DNA of 64,000 nucleotides, from positions 32,001 through 96,000 of the forward strand of contig CAZQQT010000004.1 of assembly GCA_964595645.1 (NCBI GenBank). The letters are read 5' to 3'. The notes below the pieces were generated by a model. It worked only from the letters and a program-made list of their open reading frames with translations. It was not told where the DNA came from and made no database searches. The position numbers and the translations under genes are program-made. Below, piece after piece: positions 9,283 through 19,781 of the stretch. This DNA comes from an uncultured Thermococci archaeon. Lineage in GTDB: Archaea; Methanobacteriota_B; Thermococci; Methanofastidiosales; B48-G16. How positions within the stretch are numbered: position 1 is the stretch's first letter; every line of letters starts with the position of its first letter.

Positions 9283-11435
9283 ATATTATGAAAGTAAAAG
9301 TTAAAGATGCACGTAAATCAGATTACGGTAGAGGAATAGTACGTCTCAGTCATCAAATATTTAATGAACTCGAACTGAGTTCCGGAGATGCCGTCCTGAT
9401 CGAAGGAAAAAAGAAAGCAGTAGGACTCGCCTGGAGATCGGACGAAGAAAAAGGAACGATACGAATGGACGGTGTACTACGACATAATGCCGGTGTAAGT
9501 ATAGATGACACGGTAGACATCAACAAAGTAGATTGTAAATCTGCAAAGGAAATAAAACTTGCTCCAACTCAGCAGATACGGTTTGACCAGGGATTTGTCA
9601 CGTACGTTCACAATAAGATCCTGAACAGACCCTTTGTCAGCGGAAATGTTGTTGTGATAGAGATCATGGGGAATGCGCTTCCACTCACCATCACAAACGT
9701 GAAACCAAAAGGTGTTGTGAGAGTTGTTACCGACACGAAGATTACGATCTCGGAAAAACCGCAACCCGTGAGTGAAGGATATACTGCCGTGAGTTACGAA
9801 GATATCGGCGGACTGGAAGAAGAGATAGAGCGGGTAAGAGAGATAGTCGAGGTGCCCATGAACCACCCTGAGGTATTCAAGAAACTGGGAATTACGCCTC
9901 CAAAGGGAGTACTGCTCCATGGACCGCCGGGTACAGGAAAGACGCTTCTGGCAAAGGCGGTGGCAAATGAGACAGACTCTCACTTTTTGGTGATCAATGG
10001 TCCCGAACTCATGTCAAAGTTTTATGGACAGAGCGAAGAGAATTTGAGAAATGTTTTTAAAGAAGCGAAGGAAAATGCGCCAAGCATTATCTTTATCGAT
10101 GAAATAGACAGCCTTGCTCCCAAACGTGGAGAAGTCACAGGAGATGTAGAAAAGCGAATCGTCTCACAGCTTCTCACGATAATGGATGGATTGGATCCGC
10201 GGGGTGACATCGTTGTTATCGCAGCAACTAATAGACCTGAAGATGTGGACGAGGCTCTGCGTAGACCCGGGAGATTTGATAGAGAAATAGAAATCAATAT
10301 GCCCACTAAAAATGGAAGGAAGGAGATTCTCCAGATCCACACCAGAAGCATGCCGTTGCAAGAGGTAGATCTCGATCACTACGCAGATATTACCCACGGC
10401 TACTCTGGAGCGGATATTGCCTCTCTATGTAGGGAAGCGGGAATGAATGCGTTACGACGGATCGTTCCTGATCTGAAAAAGAGTGACGAAGTTCTCTCCA
10501 AAGAGATTATAGAAAACCTCAATGTCACAGATGAAGACTTCTACAATGCGTACAAACGAGTGGAACCTTCCACCATGAGAGAAGCACTTATAGAGGTTCC
10601 GAAGATAGAATGGAAAGATATCGGCGGACTAGATGAAGTAGAAGAAGAACTCAAGGAAATGGTTGAGTGGCCGCTGCTCTATCCTCATCTCTTCGAAGAG
10701 GGGGGAATAGAAACACCGAGGGGTATTCTACTCTATGGACCACCTGGTACGGGAAAAACACTCTTGGCCAAAGCCGTGGCAAATGAAAGTAACGCAAACT
10801 TTATCTCTGTTAAGGGACCAGAACTTCTCTCAAAATGGGTCGGTGAAAGCGAAAAAGGTATCCGAAAGGTATTTTCCCGTGCACGTCAGGCGGCTCCCAC
10901 CGTTATCTTCTTTGATGAGATAGATAGCCTTGCTGGGATACGTGGTTCGGATAACTCTCAGGTCACGGAACGGGTCGTCGCACAGCTGCTCTCAGAGCTG
11001 GACGGCATCGCCCCACTTAAAGATGTTGTAGTAATTGCAGCAACGAACAGACCGGATCTTGTGGATAAAGCACTCCTTCGACCGGGAAGACTTGAAAAAA
11101 TGATCTTCACCCCGATGCCAAACAAGGAAGCTCGGAAAGAGATCTTTAACGTGCACACAAAGAAAATGAATTTAGCAGAGAGTATTGAGTTGGATGCACT
11201 GGCAGACCGTACCCACGGCTACTCTGGTGCAGACATCGCTGCAGTCTGCAGAGAAGCAGGAATGAATGCGGTGAGAAAGGCTGTGAATGAAGGTGGAAAG
11301 AAAATGAAAAAGATTACTATGGAAGACTTCGACGCAGCACTGAAAAAAATAGAACCTTCTGTAGACAAAGAACAGATGGAACAGTTGCAGAAAATGAAAA
11401 AGAGAAACCCCAAATACAGCAATGTCTACCGATAA
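9279..11435 (+). CDS. cdc48: CDC48/VAT AAA+ ATPase
   Basis: N domain, two GPPGTGKT Walker A, FIDEID/FFDEID Walker B, RPGR fingers, C-terminal HbYX-like VYR. Confidence 0.97.
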   Translation: MNIMKVKVKDARKSDYGRGIVRLSHQIFNELELSSGDAVLIEGKKKAVGLAWRSDEEKGTIRMDGVLRHNAGVSIDDTVDINKVDCKSAKEIKLAPTQQIRFDQGFVTYVHNKILNRPFVSGNVVVIEIMGNALPLTITNVKPKGVVRVVTDTKITISEKPQPVSEGYTAVSYEDIGGLEEEIERVREIVEVPMNHPEVFKKLGITPPKGVLLHGPPGTGKTLLAKAVANETDSHFLVINGPELMSKFYGQSEENLRNVFKEAKENAPSIIFIDEIDSLAPKRGEVTGDVEKRIVSQLLTIMDGLDPRGDIVVIAATNRPEDVDEALRRPGRFDREIEINMPTKNGRKEILQIHTRSMPLQEVDLDHYADITHGYSGADIASLCREAGMNALRRIVPDLKKSDEVLSKEIIENLNVTDEDFYNAYKRVEPSTMREALIEVPKIEWKDIGGLDEVEEELKEMVEWPLLYPHLFEEGGIETPRGILLYGPPGTGKTLLAKAVANESNANFISVKGPELLSKWVGESEKGIRKVFSRARQAAPTVIFFDEIDSLAGIRGSDNSQVTERVVAQLLSELDGIAPLKDVVVIAATNRPDLVDKALLRPGRLEKMIFTPMPNKEARKEIFNVHTKKMNLAESIELDALADRTHGYSGADIAAVCREAGMNAVRKAVNEGGKKMKKITMEDFDAALKKIEPSVDKEQMEQLQKMKKRNPKYSNVYR

Positions 11436-11466
11436 CTCATTCCTCTTTTTTCTTTTGTTATTATCG

Positions 11467-12633
11467 CTATTCTCCGTAATCTTTTTTGAACGGCGAAATC
11501 TCCCTGAGGTTTCCAACGACCTCTGGAAGCACTTCGAGCAGATAATCAACATCCTCCTCCGTGTTGTCCTTCCCCAACGTGAGTCGCAAGGACCCGTGGG
11601 CTTCCTCCGGTTTTAATCCAATAGCGAGGAGTACGTGACTTGGTTTCAGTGACTTTGATGAACACGCAGATCCAGTGGATGTCTCAATCCCTTTTGAGTC
11701 CAGTGAGAGTACTAACGACTCTCCTTCAATGAATTTGAAACTAAAGTTGGCGTTTATCGGCAGTCTTTTTGTTGGATGACCATTGAGATACGTGTTATCA
11801 ATTTCTAACACATTTTTGATTATTTTATCGCGCATTTTCTCTATCCGCGGTATTACATCCGGTCGTTCTTCTTCACCTAGCCTCATAGCTTCTCCAAACC
11901 CGACAATGCCGGCGATATTTTCCGTGCCAGAACGCAGCCCTCGCTCATGTCCTCCTCCATGAAGCAGTGGGTCAATTGTAATTCCTTTCCTCGCGAAAAG
12001 ACATCCTACTCCCTTGGGCCCGTAGAGTTTGTGAGAAGAGACGGTGAGCATATCCACACCCATTTCATCTACATCTATCGGGAGTTTCGTGACGCTCTGT
12101 ACCGCATCCGTATGGAGGTACGCGTTGGAATCTCTCACGATTTCACCTATTTTTTTCATGTCTTGGAGGGTACCGATCTCGTTGTTTGCGTGCATGATGG
12201 AGACGAGAATTGTCTCCTCTCTTAGCGAAGACTCGAGATCACCGTGATCGATCAATCCGTTCTCATCCACGTTCAGATATGTGACTTCAAATCCCCGTTT
12301 TTCGAGCCATTTGCACGCATTCAAAATACAGTCATGCTCGATTTTCGTGGTAACGATATGTGTCCCTTCTTCTTTTCTGGCAAAGGCAGTACCTTTTATC
12401 GCAGTATTGTTGGATTCCGTACCTCCTGAGGTAAAATATATCTCCGAGGGCTTTGCATGAATCACCTTGGCAACCTTCTCCCTCGCATCTTCCATCGCCC
12501 TTTGAGCATTCTGACCGAGGGTGTGGAGAGAGGATGCATTCCCGTACTTCTCGCTGAAATACGGCTTCATTACATCCATAACACGGTCGTCCACAGGGGT
12601 GGTTGCAGAATGATCCATATAGATTCTTTTCAT
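11467..12633 (-). CDS. iscS: Cysteine desulfurase
   Basis: YMDHSATTP, SSHKLYGPKG (PLP Lys), STGSACSS. Confidence 0.96.
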   Translation of the reverse strand: MKRIYMDHSATTPVDDRVMDVMKPYFSEKYGNASSLHTLGQNAQRAMEDAREKVAKVIHAKPSEIYFTSGGTESNNTAIKGTAFARKEEGTHIVTTKIEHDCILNACKWLEKRGFEVTYLNVDENGLIDHGDLESSLREETILVSIMHANNEIGTLQDMKKIGEIVRDSNAYLHTDAVQSVTKLPIDVDEMGVDMLTVSSHKLYGPKGVGCLFARKGITIDPLLHGGGHERGLRSGTENIAGIVGFGEAMRLGEEERPDVIPRIEKMRDKIIKNVLEIDNTYLNGHPTKRLPINANFSFKFIEGESLVLSLDSKGIETSTGSACSSKSLKPSHVLLAIGLKPEEAHGSLRLTLGKDNTEEDVDYLLEVLPEVVGNLREISPFKKDYGE

Positions 12634-13001
12634 TCTTTCACCCCGTTTCTATAGTTGTTAATAGCATTTTTTAATCCGTCTGCAGCAAGGTTTGAACAGT
12701 GCATTTTTATAGGGGGCAGTCCTTCAAGTGCATCCGCCACATCATCTTTTGTGATTTTTTCTGCTTCTTCAAGTGTTTTCCCCTTTGCAAGTTCTGTGAT
12801 CATAGAGGAGGTAGCAATTGCCGCCGCACACCCCATGGTTTCCCAGCCTATGTCCTGAATTCGGTTATCCTTCACCTTGATATAGATGTGCATTACATCG
12901 CCGCAGACAGGGTTCCCTACCTTGCCCACTGCATCATGCTCCTCGAGTTTTCCTTTATTCCTCGGATTTTGAAAATGATCAATCACCTTCTGAGAGTACA
13001 T
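12630..13001 (-). CDS. iscU: Fe-S scaffold IscU/NifU-N (start corrected to 13001)
   Basis: MYSQKVIDHFQNPRN, GNPVCGD, GCAAAIA, LPPIKMHCS. Confidence 0.95.
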   Translation of the reverse strand: MYSQKVIDHFQNPRNKGKLEEHDAVGKVGNPVCGDVMHIYIKVKDNRIQDIGWETMGCAAAIATSSMITELAKGKTLEEAEKITKDDVADALEGLPPIKMHCSNLAADGLKNAINNYRNGVKE

Positions 13002-13073
13002 GGAAGATATAACGCTGTTATAGTTTAAAAAGGTTTGGATAACATTTTTCAAGGGGGAGGGAAAGGGGAGAGT

Positions 13074-13460
13074 ATGAACATAGTCATTATTCTTGGAAGT
13101 GAAAGCGATATGCCGGTGGCCAAAAAGGTTACCAAGGTGTTGAATGAACATGGGGTACCGTACGATTTAGAAGTAGCCTCTGCGCATCGAGAACCAGAGA
13201 AAGTACGCGAACTCGCAACAAAAAATTGCAAGGTATTTATCTGTATTGCCGGCCTTTCGGCTGCCCTGCCTGGTGTTGTAGCATCACACACGAACAAACC
13301 GGTGATAGGCGTTCCTGTCTCCGCCAAACTTGGAGGGATTGACGCGTTACTCTCCATCGTCCAGATGCCCAAGGGAGTACCTGTAGCATGTGTGGGGATA
13401 GATAATGGGCAGAATGCTGCTCATCTCGCCATGCGGATCCTCAACGTGGGCTCAGAGTGA
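13074..13460 (+). CDS. purE: N5-CAIR mutase / AIR carboxylase (start corrected to 13074)
   Basis: [33 protein letters not shown]. Confidence 0.95.
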   Translation: MNIVIILGSESDMPVAKKVTKVLNEHGVPYDLEVASAHREPEKVRELATKNCKVFICIAGLSAALPGVVASHTNKPVIGVPVSAKLGGIDALLSIVQMPKGVPVACVGIDNGQNAAHLAMRILNVGSE

Positions 13461-14045
13461 GGAGTAATAGTAGTTGATTGCCTCATTGATATCTTCTCTA
13501 TTAATCTCCGGGAAGTACTTATCTATAAAATACTCTTCGGTAAACTCATCTGTGGTTGATGATGATTTTTTTCCTATCTCTATCAGTAGATCAACCTTTT
13601 TACTTTTCCACTTCTCAAAATTCTCCATTTTCCTTTTTTGAGAGTTATATCCTATAAAAATGTACAGAATTTTTTTATTAAAATCCTTCGTGGCTTCCTG
13701 GAGTTCATTCATTGCTCTGATGTAATACTTTGGAAGTTTGGAAAAATTCCCGACAAAATGTACCCCGATCTCTCCCTTCATTATTGTATCATCTGAAAGA
13801 AGATTTTTGTAGGTAGTAGATTCCACCTCAAAGATGGGAATGAGCTCCTCTTCCTCTCTCGTGGTGATGGCTTCATAGGATAGACCATAAAAGGTAAAAT
13901 TCTCTATTTCATGGTCCTGGAATACCCATGTGATGAGATCTAAAAACTTCCCTGAAGAAAAATCGTAGGCGTCCATCAGAGAAAGTTTATGTTTCTCGGC
14001 ATACTTCCTTATACCATGAGGAACAAGTACCATATGATGGAGCAT
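13452..14045 (-). CDS. Degenerate cis-prenyltransferase (UppS-like) protein
   Basis: [13 protein letters not shown] aligns to HIAIIMDGNRRWA; TFYGLS and DLLI blocks present; catalytic residues altered. Confidence 0.7.
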   Translation of the reverse strand: MLHHMVLVPHGIRKYAEKHKLSLMDAYDFSSGKFLDLITWVFQDHEIENFTFYGLSYEAITTREEEELIPIFEVESTTYKNLLSDDTIMKGEIGVHFVGNFSKLPKYYIRAMNELQEATKDFNKKILYIFIGYNSQKRKMENFEKWKSKKVDLLIEIGKKSSSTTDEFTEEYFIDKYFPEINREDINEAINYYYSSL

Positions 14046-14109
14046 GCACGTAACGTTACTCTCCTGAGTTATAAACCTTTTCTTTTATGGCCATAAAATA
14101 GGTGGTGCA

Positions 14110-14601
14110 TTATCGAATGGAAACAACGTGGTGGCGTTTAATCAAATGTTCTATTTCTTCGAGGACTTTTTGGAAATTTTTTATCTCTTGTTCGGCAAAA
14201 TTAAATTCTAATTGAATTATATCCTCATTATGGTCCATTATATTGTTAAATGTCGTTTCCATGCTCTCTATGGAAAGTAAATTTTTACAAAAGTCCTTAG
14301 CCCCATACACTGAGATTTTATACTCCATAGCCAAAAGATCATCGATAAACCCTTTCGAGAGGGACTCTTTCTGTACACCGAGAACGAGATAGAAGGTAGT
14401 GAGATCATGTCCTACCTCTCCGAGTCCCTTCACGAAAAAGGTGGGTATTGGATAGTCCTGCTTTTCCCATTCGTTATCTATCCTGATATAATTTCCAAAA
14501 CTGCATTGTATATCTGTTGTTTCAAATGGAAGGTCCTTTCTTACATGTCTCATCATATTCCACACGTTGTTCATCCACGTGTGAAGTTTCTTTTCCATCA
14601 T
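14110..14601 (-). CDS. DUF3201-like conserved protein
   Basis: GNYI...W...YPIPTFFVKGLGEVG pattern. Confidence 0.6.
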   Translation of the reverse strand: MMEKKLHTWMNNVWNMMRHVRKDLPFETTDIQCSFGNYIRIDNEWEKQDYPIPTFFVKGLGEVGHDLTTFYLVLGVQKESLSKGFIDDLLAMEYKISVYGAKDFCKNLLSIESMETTFNNIMDHNEDIIQLEFNFAEQEIKNFQKVLEEIEHLIKRHHVVSIR

Positions 14602-14723
14602 ACTAAAGAATTTCGTTGTATCTATTTAAGATTTTGTTCTGCGGGTATGAAACTCCAAAGGGGAGTTCGTGATGGCGGTGACAATGAATAAAAATTTAAA
14701 GCATCATCTCTAGTGTAGTATAT

Positions 14724-17348
14724 ATGGATACGAAAGAGCTCAAGGAACTATTCAGAAAAAAAGCATCCGATAATTACGAAGATTTTTTTGCTGTGAACAC
14801 TCTGGGAGCCCATGGATTCCAGCGAAGTAGATGCAAGAAATGTGGTAAGTATTTCTGGAGTACAACAAAAAAGGAAACCTGTGGAGACCCATCCTGTCAG
14901 GAAAGATACAGCTTTATAGGAGAAGAACCGTATGTAGAACTCTCCTATATCGGGGTGTGGAAAGAGTTTTCTGCACTTTTTGAAACACGAGGATATAGCA
15001 CAATCCCGCGGTATCCCGTAGTTGCACGATGGAGAGATGATGTAGACTTTGTCAACGCCTCCATTTACGATTTTCAGCCACATGTGGTCTCCGGGGAGGT
15101 GGATCCACCAGCAAATCCACTGGTAGTACCACAATTTTCGCTCCGATTTAATGATATCGATAATGTTGGGATCACGGGATCGCACTACACGGGTTTTGTG
15201 ATGATTGGTCAGCACGCCTTTGAACCTCCGGAACGGTACGATCAGGAAAAATACTTTGAAGATATTTACATATGGCTTACAGAAAGTCTGAAAATTCCAA
15301 AAGAAGAGCTCTCCTTCCATGAAGATGGGTGGGCAGGAGGAGGTAACGGAGGATGCTGCATGGAGTTCTTCTCCAAAGGGCTTGAGCTCGGAAACCAGGT
15401 ATATATGATGTACGATGTAACACCATCCGGATTTACACCGTTGGACACTAAGGTGCTGGATATGGGTGCAGGACAGGAACGGTTCGCATGGTACTGTAAT
15501 CCCGCACATACCTCGTACGAAGCGGTCTTTCCCACGGTGTGCGAGTACCTTTACACGCGAACGGGCCATACGCCCAGTGAAAAGGTGCTGCAGTTTTTGC
15601 CGTACTCGGGTCTCCTCAATCTCGACGAGGTTGATAACATTGAGAAGGTATGGGAAAAGATAAGTGAAAAGATAGATATCCCTCCCAAAGAACTCAAAGA
15701 TATTATTCTCCCGTTGTCACAGATATATAGCCTTGCTGATCACGCACGGACACTCTTATTTGCGTTATCTGATGGTGCTCTCCCCTCTAACGTCGGAGGA
15801 GGATACAATCTACGCGTCATCTACCGAAGAATGGCAGATTTTATTGAGAAAAATGGGTGGGATCTAGAGGTTCCAAAACTCATCGAAACGCATGCAACAT
15901 TCCTAAGAGATGAGTTCCCTACACTCACGGAAAATCTGAATGATGTCATGGAAATACTGAAGGTAGAAGATGAGAAATATAGAAGAATGAAAAAGAAATC
16001 AGGAAAAATTATCGGTAATTTACTTAAAAATAAAGAGAGTATAAGCTCCGAAAAGCTCTTAGAGCTCTATGACTCCCATGGGATCTCGCCAGACATGTTG
16101 AAGGAAAGTGGGCTCGATATCACGATTCCCTCAAATTTTTATGCTAAAATCGCCTCACGACATGAAAAGAAAGGAGAAAAAGAAGAAAAGAAAAAAGAGG
16201 AAGAAAAACTTTCATATTCTCCCACAGAGCTTCTTTTTTATAAAGACTGGAAAATGAAAGAGTTTGAAGCCACCGTGATAGGCATTGAAGATGATTGGAT
16301 CGTTCTCGACAGAACATGTTTCTACCCGGAAGCAGGAGGCCAGATATACGACATCGGGACAATCGATGGAACGACGGTGCATGAAGTAAAAAAAGTGGGA
16401 GGTGTAGTACTGCATCACGTAACGGGAGATTTTGAGAAGGGACAGAAGATCACAGGAAAGATCAACTGGGAGCGACGGTTAACACTGACCAGACACCACA
16501 CCGCTGCCCACATCATCAATGGAGCTGCCCGGAGAATCCTTGGGAATCACATCTGGCAGGCAGGTGCCAAGAAAACGGTGGAAAAAGCAAGACTGGATAT
16601 CACCCACTACGAAGGACTGGACAGAAATACACTCAACGAGATAGAAAAATATGCCAATGAAATTGTGTTAGAAGGAAGAACAGTAGAAAAATCGGTGATG
16701 AAACGGGACGAAGCCGAGAAAAAGTACGGATTTAGACTGTATCAAGGGGGAGCTGTGCCCGGAAAGGAACTGCGGATCGTGAATATAGAGGATTTCGATG
16801 TAGAAGCCTGTGGTGGAACTCACTGTGACTCAACAAGTGAAGTGGGGTTTATCAAGATACTAAGATCTGAAAAAATCCAGGACGATGTAGTCCGGTTGGA
16901 GTTTGCCGCGGGACTCAAAGCACTGGATTACGTGCAGAAAAACGAACAGATGCTGGAGGATGTGGGAACAATCTTCAGAGTACCAAGAAAAAATGTTGCG
17001 AAGACAGCAAAACGGTTCTTCAAGGAATGGAAGGAACGAGGAAAGGAGATAGATCGATTAAAGGAAGAGATATCAAAACTAAAAATGGCACAGCTTAAAG
17101 AGGAATTTGTAGAGAAAAATGGGCTCCGATTCTTGGAAAAAGAGATAGAGGGAGGACCAAAGGTACTACGAGAGACCGCCACCGCTCTTGCAGAAGAAGA
17201 CACCGTGATCGTGCTCACAAACGGTAGAAATCTTGTATGTATGTGTGGTGACAACGCAATAAAAAGGGGATATAGTGCAAATGAATATATACAGAACTTT
17301 GGAAAGGGAGGGGGGAACAAACATATGGCCCAAGGAGTGAAAGAATGA
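14724..17348 (+). CDS. alaS: Alanine--tRNA ligase (archaeal type)
   Basis: RYPVVARWRDD, ASIYDFQP, HTAAH and EACGGTH editing motifs, C-terminal GKGGG. Confidence 0.98.
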   Translation: MDTKELKELFRKKASDNYEDFFAVNTLGAHGFQRSRCKKCGKYFWSTTKKETCGDPSCQERYSFIGEEPYVELSYIGVWKEFSALFETRGYSTIPRYPVVARWRDDVDFVNASIYDFQPHVVSGEVDPPANPLVVPQFSLRFNDIDNVGITGSHYTGFVMIGQHAFEPPERYDQEKYFEDIYIWLTESLKIPKEELSFHEDGWAGGGNGGCCMEFFSKGLELGNQVYMMYDVTPSGFTPLDTKVLDMGAGQERFAWYCNPAHTSYEAVFPTVCEYLYTRTGHTPSEKVLQFLPYSGLLNLDEVDNIEKVWEKISEKIDIPPKELKDIILPLSQIYSLADHARTLLFALSDGALPSNVGGGYNLRVIYRRMADFIEKNGWDLEVPKLIETHATFLRDEFPTLTENLNDVMEILKVEDEKYRRMKKKSGKIIGNLLKNKESISSEKLLELYDSHGISPDMLKESGLDITIPSNFYAKIASRHEKKGEKEEKKKEEEKLSYSPTELLFYKDWKMKEFEATVIGIEDDWIVLDRTCFYPEAGGQIYDIGTIDGTTVHEVKKVGGVVLHHVTGDFEKGQKITGKINWERRLTLTRHHTAAHIINGAARRILGNHIWQAGAKKTVEKARLDITHYEGLDRNTLNEIEKYANEIVLEGRTVEKSVMKRDEAEKKYGFRLYQGGAVPGKELRIVNIEDFDVEACGGTHCDSTSEVGFIKILRSEKIQDDVVRLEFAAGLKALDYVQKNEQMLEDVGTIFRVPRKNVAKTAKRFFKEWKERGKEIDRLKEEISKLKMAQLKEEFVEKNGLRFLEKEIEGGPKVLRETATALAEEDTVIVLTNGRNLVCMCGDNAIKRGYSANEYIQNFGKGGGNKHMAQGVKE

Positions 17349-18016
17349 AGAATGGCATTGACTATTTTGTCGCCCTGTTGCTCATTCTCTGTCTCGTAGC
17401 CTTCATCTACCCCTATTTCTCGCAACATAGGTTTGAAGAAGATATCTTCACAGACACGAAAACAGCCATAGAGAGAATCAAAGAAATAGAGAAAGAAGGG
17501 CATTTCTATATCCTCACTATCGAAGGATGGTGGAACTCCGATAATGCAAAGTTTGAAGAAGAAGTGTTCCTTATCGATCATACTGAGACAGCTATCACAG
17601 CAATACGAAAGAACAGGCGAATCGTGACCGTTGGTGATATCCACAATCTCAAAACAAATATTCGAAGCTCCCATATTGAGATAGAAAAAAAGAATGAGAA
17701 AGTATATACCTTTGAAATCGATGTGAACACTGATTTTGAGGGGTTGGGAAAGAAAACAGCTAAACATCCTATCGAACATGTGATACATACGGCGATCTCG
17801 GGAACACTCCATCTAAAAGAGTTGAGTGAACTATCCGCAGTAGAAGAGAGAAAACTAAATCACGAGTTACGACAGGAGTTCTTCTACTGTAAAAAAATAG
17901 AGTTGCGCGGAAAGAACCTCCATGTAGAATTTCTCAGCACAAAGTACCTTGATGAGTTAGAAAAAATCTACAATGGAGATGTAGAGGGAGAGATCATAGT
18001 ATACGTGAGGTATTAA
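17345..18016 (+). CDS. Hypothetical protein with N-terminal membrane anchor
   Basis: 223-aa ORF overlapping the alaS stop; N-terminal hydrophobic helix. Confidence 0.7.
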   Translation: MKNGIDYFVALLLILCLVAFIYPYFSQHRFEEDIFTDTKTAIERIKEIEKEGHFYILTIEGWWNSDNAKFEEEVFLIDHTETAITAIRKNRRIVTVGDIHNLKTNIRSSHIEIEKKNEKVYTFEIDVNTDFEGLGKKTAKHPIEHVIHTAISGTLHLKELSELSAVEERKLNHELRQEFFYCKKIELRGKNLHVEFLSTKYLDELEKIYNGDVEGEIIVYVRY

Positions 18017-19110
18017 GCCTTCATCACTTTTATCGAGCCCATGTCAGTCTCTGCCCTCACTTTTGCTTCATGAGGCGCGTTTTCATTGAGAATTATTCTC
18101 TTATATTTGCCTGCTGATTCTACTGTTCCACCGATACACCTCACTCTGCCCATATCTGTTCTCGCCTCAATTACAGCCTTTGTATCCTCAGGTACTTTTA
18201 TTTTAATGGATCCCATCTCAGTTGAGATAGTAGATTCTCCCGGTGACACGGTGGTCACGATACTCCCATGCTCTGTTTTCAGCTCCTGCACATCTGTAGT
18301 ACAGTCGGATACAATCCGTCCGTTCTCAGCCTGCGCACTGAGCGTCTGTACACTCACACCCGCGAGAATTACAGAGCCGTTTTCCGTCACTAGATTGATC
18401 ATCTCTCCGCGGAGATCTCTCAGCTCTATCCTTCCATTCTCTGTTCTTCCTTCAGTACTGTTAAAATTGAGTTTCTCCATGAGGATTTTCCCGTTTTCCG
18501 TCACTAGATTGATTGTTTCACCCTGTAACTCGGAAATATCTATCGCGCCATTCTCGCTTTCTGCGCGAACACGATATCTTTTTTCTGGTAATGTCGCAAC
18601 GATATCAACTGTATCCGTTGCGTGGATAGTTACCCTACTGGGTTCTTGCTTAACAGTGAGATCAATTTCCTTAAACGCTTCTTCGGCATCCTCCCTATTT
18701 CTTGCCCTTACTCTTTTTCTCAGGAGTATGGTGTACTCATCTGTCTCCGATTTTTTTATCTCTATCCTCCCATTCTCAACACGAAAATCTATACTGACCT
18801 TCTCAGAGTCAAATTTTCCTTTTATTATCTCTTCTTTTGCAAATTCGTTGCCCACATACCCTTTTTTTCCTTTAAAAGATGTCTGAAAAGCCTTTTTTAG
18901 ACTTCGCTCTACCTTTTCTCTGATCACATCCCCCAGATCCTCAAAGTCGTAGTACTCGTCCACTTCCTCCAGTTCCTTTTCGTATTTGGCTTTCAGTGCA
19001 TTATACGTCTCATCACTTATCTCATTATTCTTGTGGAGTTGCTCTAAATCTCCAAGAAGGTTAGTGAGAATGTCACTTCTTATTTTATCCTTTTCTCTCA
19101 TTTTTATCAC
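18013..19110 (-). CDS. DUF4097 beta-strand-repeat (LiaX/adhesin-like) protein with N-terminal SHOCT-like helix
   Basis: Repeated (T/S)ENG.I and T(E/D)MG.I units; N-terminal ISDETYNALKAKY. Confidence 0.85.
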   Translation of the reverse strand: MIKMREKDKIRSDILTNLLGDLEQLHKNNEISDETYNALKAKYEKELEEVDEYYDFEDLGDVIREKVERSLKKAFQTSFKGKKGYVGNEFAKEEIIKGKFDSEKVSIDFRVENGRIEIKKSETDEYTILLRKRVRARNREDAEEAFKEIDLTVKQEPSRVTIHATDTVDIVATLPEKRYRVRAESENGAIDISELQGETINLVTENGKILMEKLNFNSTEGRTENGRIELRDLRGEMINLVTENGSVILAGVSVQTLSAQAENGRIVSDCTTDVQELKTEHGSIVTTVSPGESTISTEMGSIKIKVPEDTKAVIEARTDMGRVRCIGGTVESAGKYKRIILNENAPHEAKVRAETDMGSIKVMKA

Positions 19111-19190
19111 TTAGAAATATATAAAATATTCCATTTATAAGCTTTTTTGCGCAAATAAGCGTGTTATTTATCTAATTTTTTAAAATTTTC

Positions 19191-19208
19191 TCGGTTTCGC
19201 GAAACCGA
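19191..19208. promoter_or_regulatory. Perfect 18-bp palindrome, candidate ArsR operator
   Basis: TCGGTTTCGCGAAACCGA between divergent promoters; related TTTGCGCAAA at 19146-19155. Confidence 0.6.
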
Positions 19209-19256
19209 TAATCTAACGGGCAAAAGAGTTATATATCGGTAGGTCATATCAACGGC

Positions 19257-19727
19257 ATGCGGGGCATCATGCAGGCACTTGCTAATGATTATCGAATACA
19301 GATAATGGAGCTTCTCCTTCAGGATGAAATGAACCCGAAGGAACTTGAAAAAGAGCTCGATATTACACGTGGTGGATTGGAACGGCATCTCTCAACACTT
19401 TTGGATTCTGAACTGATAAAGAAACGAAGTGTAGTAAAAAAAGGGAGAGTGAGGGTATACTTCTGTCTTGATGAAGCTTCTCGATCATTTTTTGAGAAAT
19501 TAAAAGAAGAAATATCCACGTTTAAACTGCAAAAATCTAAAGATATAGAAGAAAAATTGAAACTGCTCTCCATAGAATTTGAAAACATCAAAGAAGCACT
19601 TGAAGAAATAGAAAAATCATATGAAAATGAAAAACTTGATGAAAATGAGTATCTCGAACTGAAAAGAGAGTATGTGTCGAAAATGGTAAGAATAGAGCGG
19701 GAAATAGCACTTCTTCTCGAAGTGTAA
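19257..19727 (+). CDS. ArsR-family regulator with C-terminal SHOCT/coiled-coil extension
   Basis: ALANDYRIQIMELL...ELEKELDITRGGLERHLSTL; C-terminal LDENEYLELKREY. Confidence 0.85.
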   Translation: MRGIMQALANDYRIQIMELLLQDEMNPKELEKELDITRGGLERHLSTLLDSELIKKRSVVKKGRVRVYFCLDEASRSFFEKLKEEISTFKLQKSKDIEEKLKLLSIEFENIKEALEEIEKSYENEKLDENEYLELKREYVSKMVRIEREIALLLEV

Positions 19728-19781
19728 ATGGAACATAAGCTTTTTAAATGAACGTACAACATCTAATAAAGGTGAAGATCT

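Noticed and set aside
10391-11227. 18-bp direct repeat TACCCACGGCTACTCTGG (10391 and 11210) in cdc48
   Set aside because: Encodes the THGYSG motif in both AAA modules; explained by the domain duplication
14651-14667. AACTCC-N5-GGAGTT hairpin upstream of alaS as a T-box or riboswitch
   Set aside because: Short, lies upstream of both TATA boxes, and has no T-box or C/D motifs
16928-18886. Long ORFs 16928-17812 (minus) and 18086-18886 (plus)
   Set aside because: Antisense to well-supported genes; no recognisable motifs
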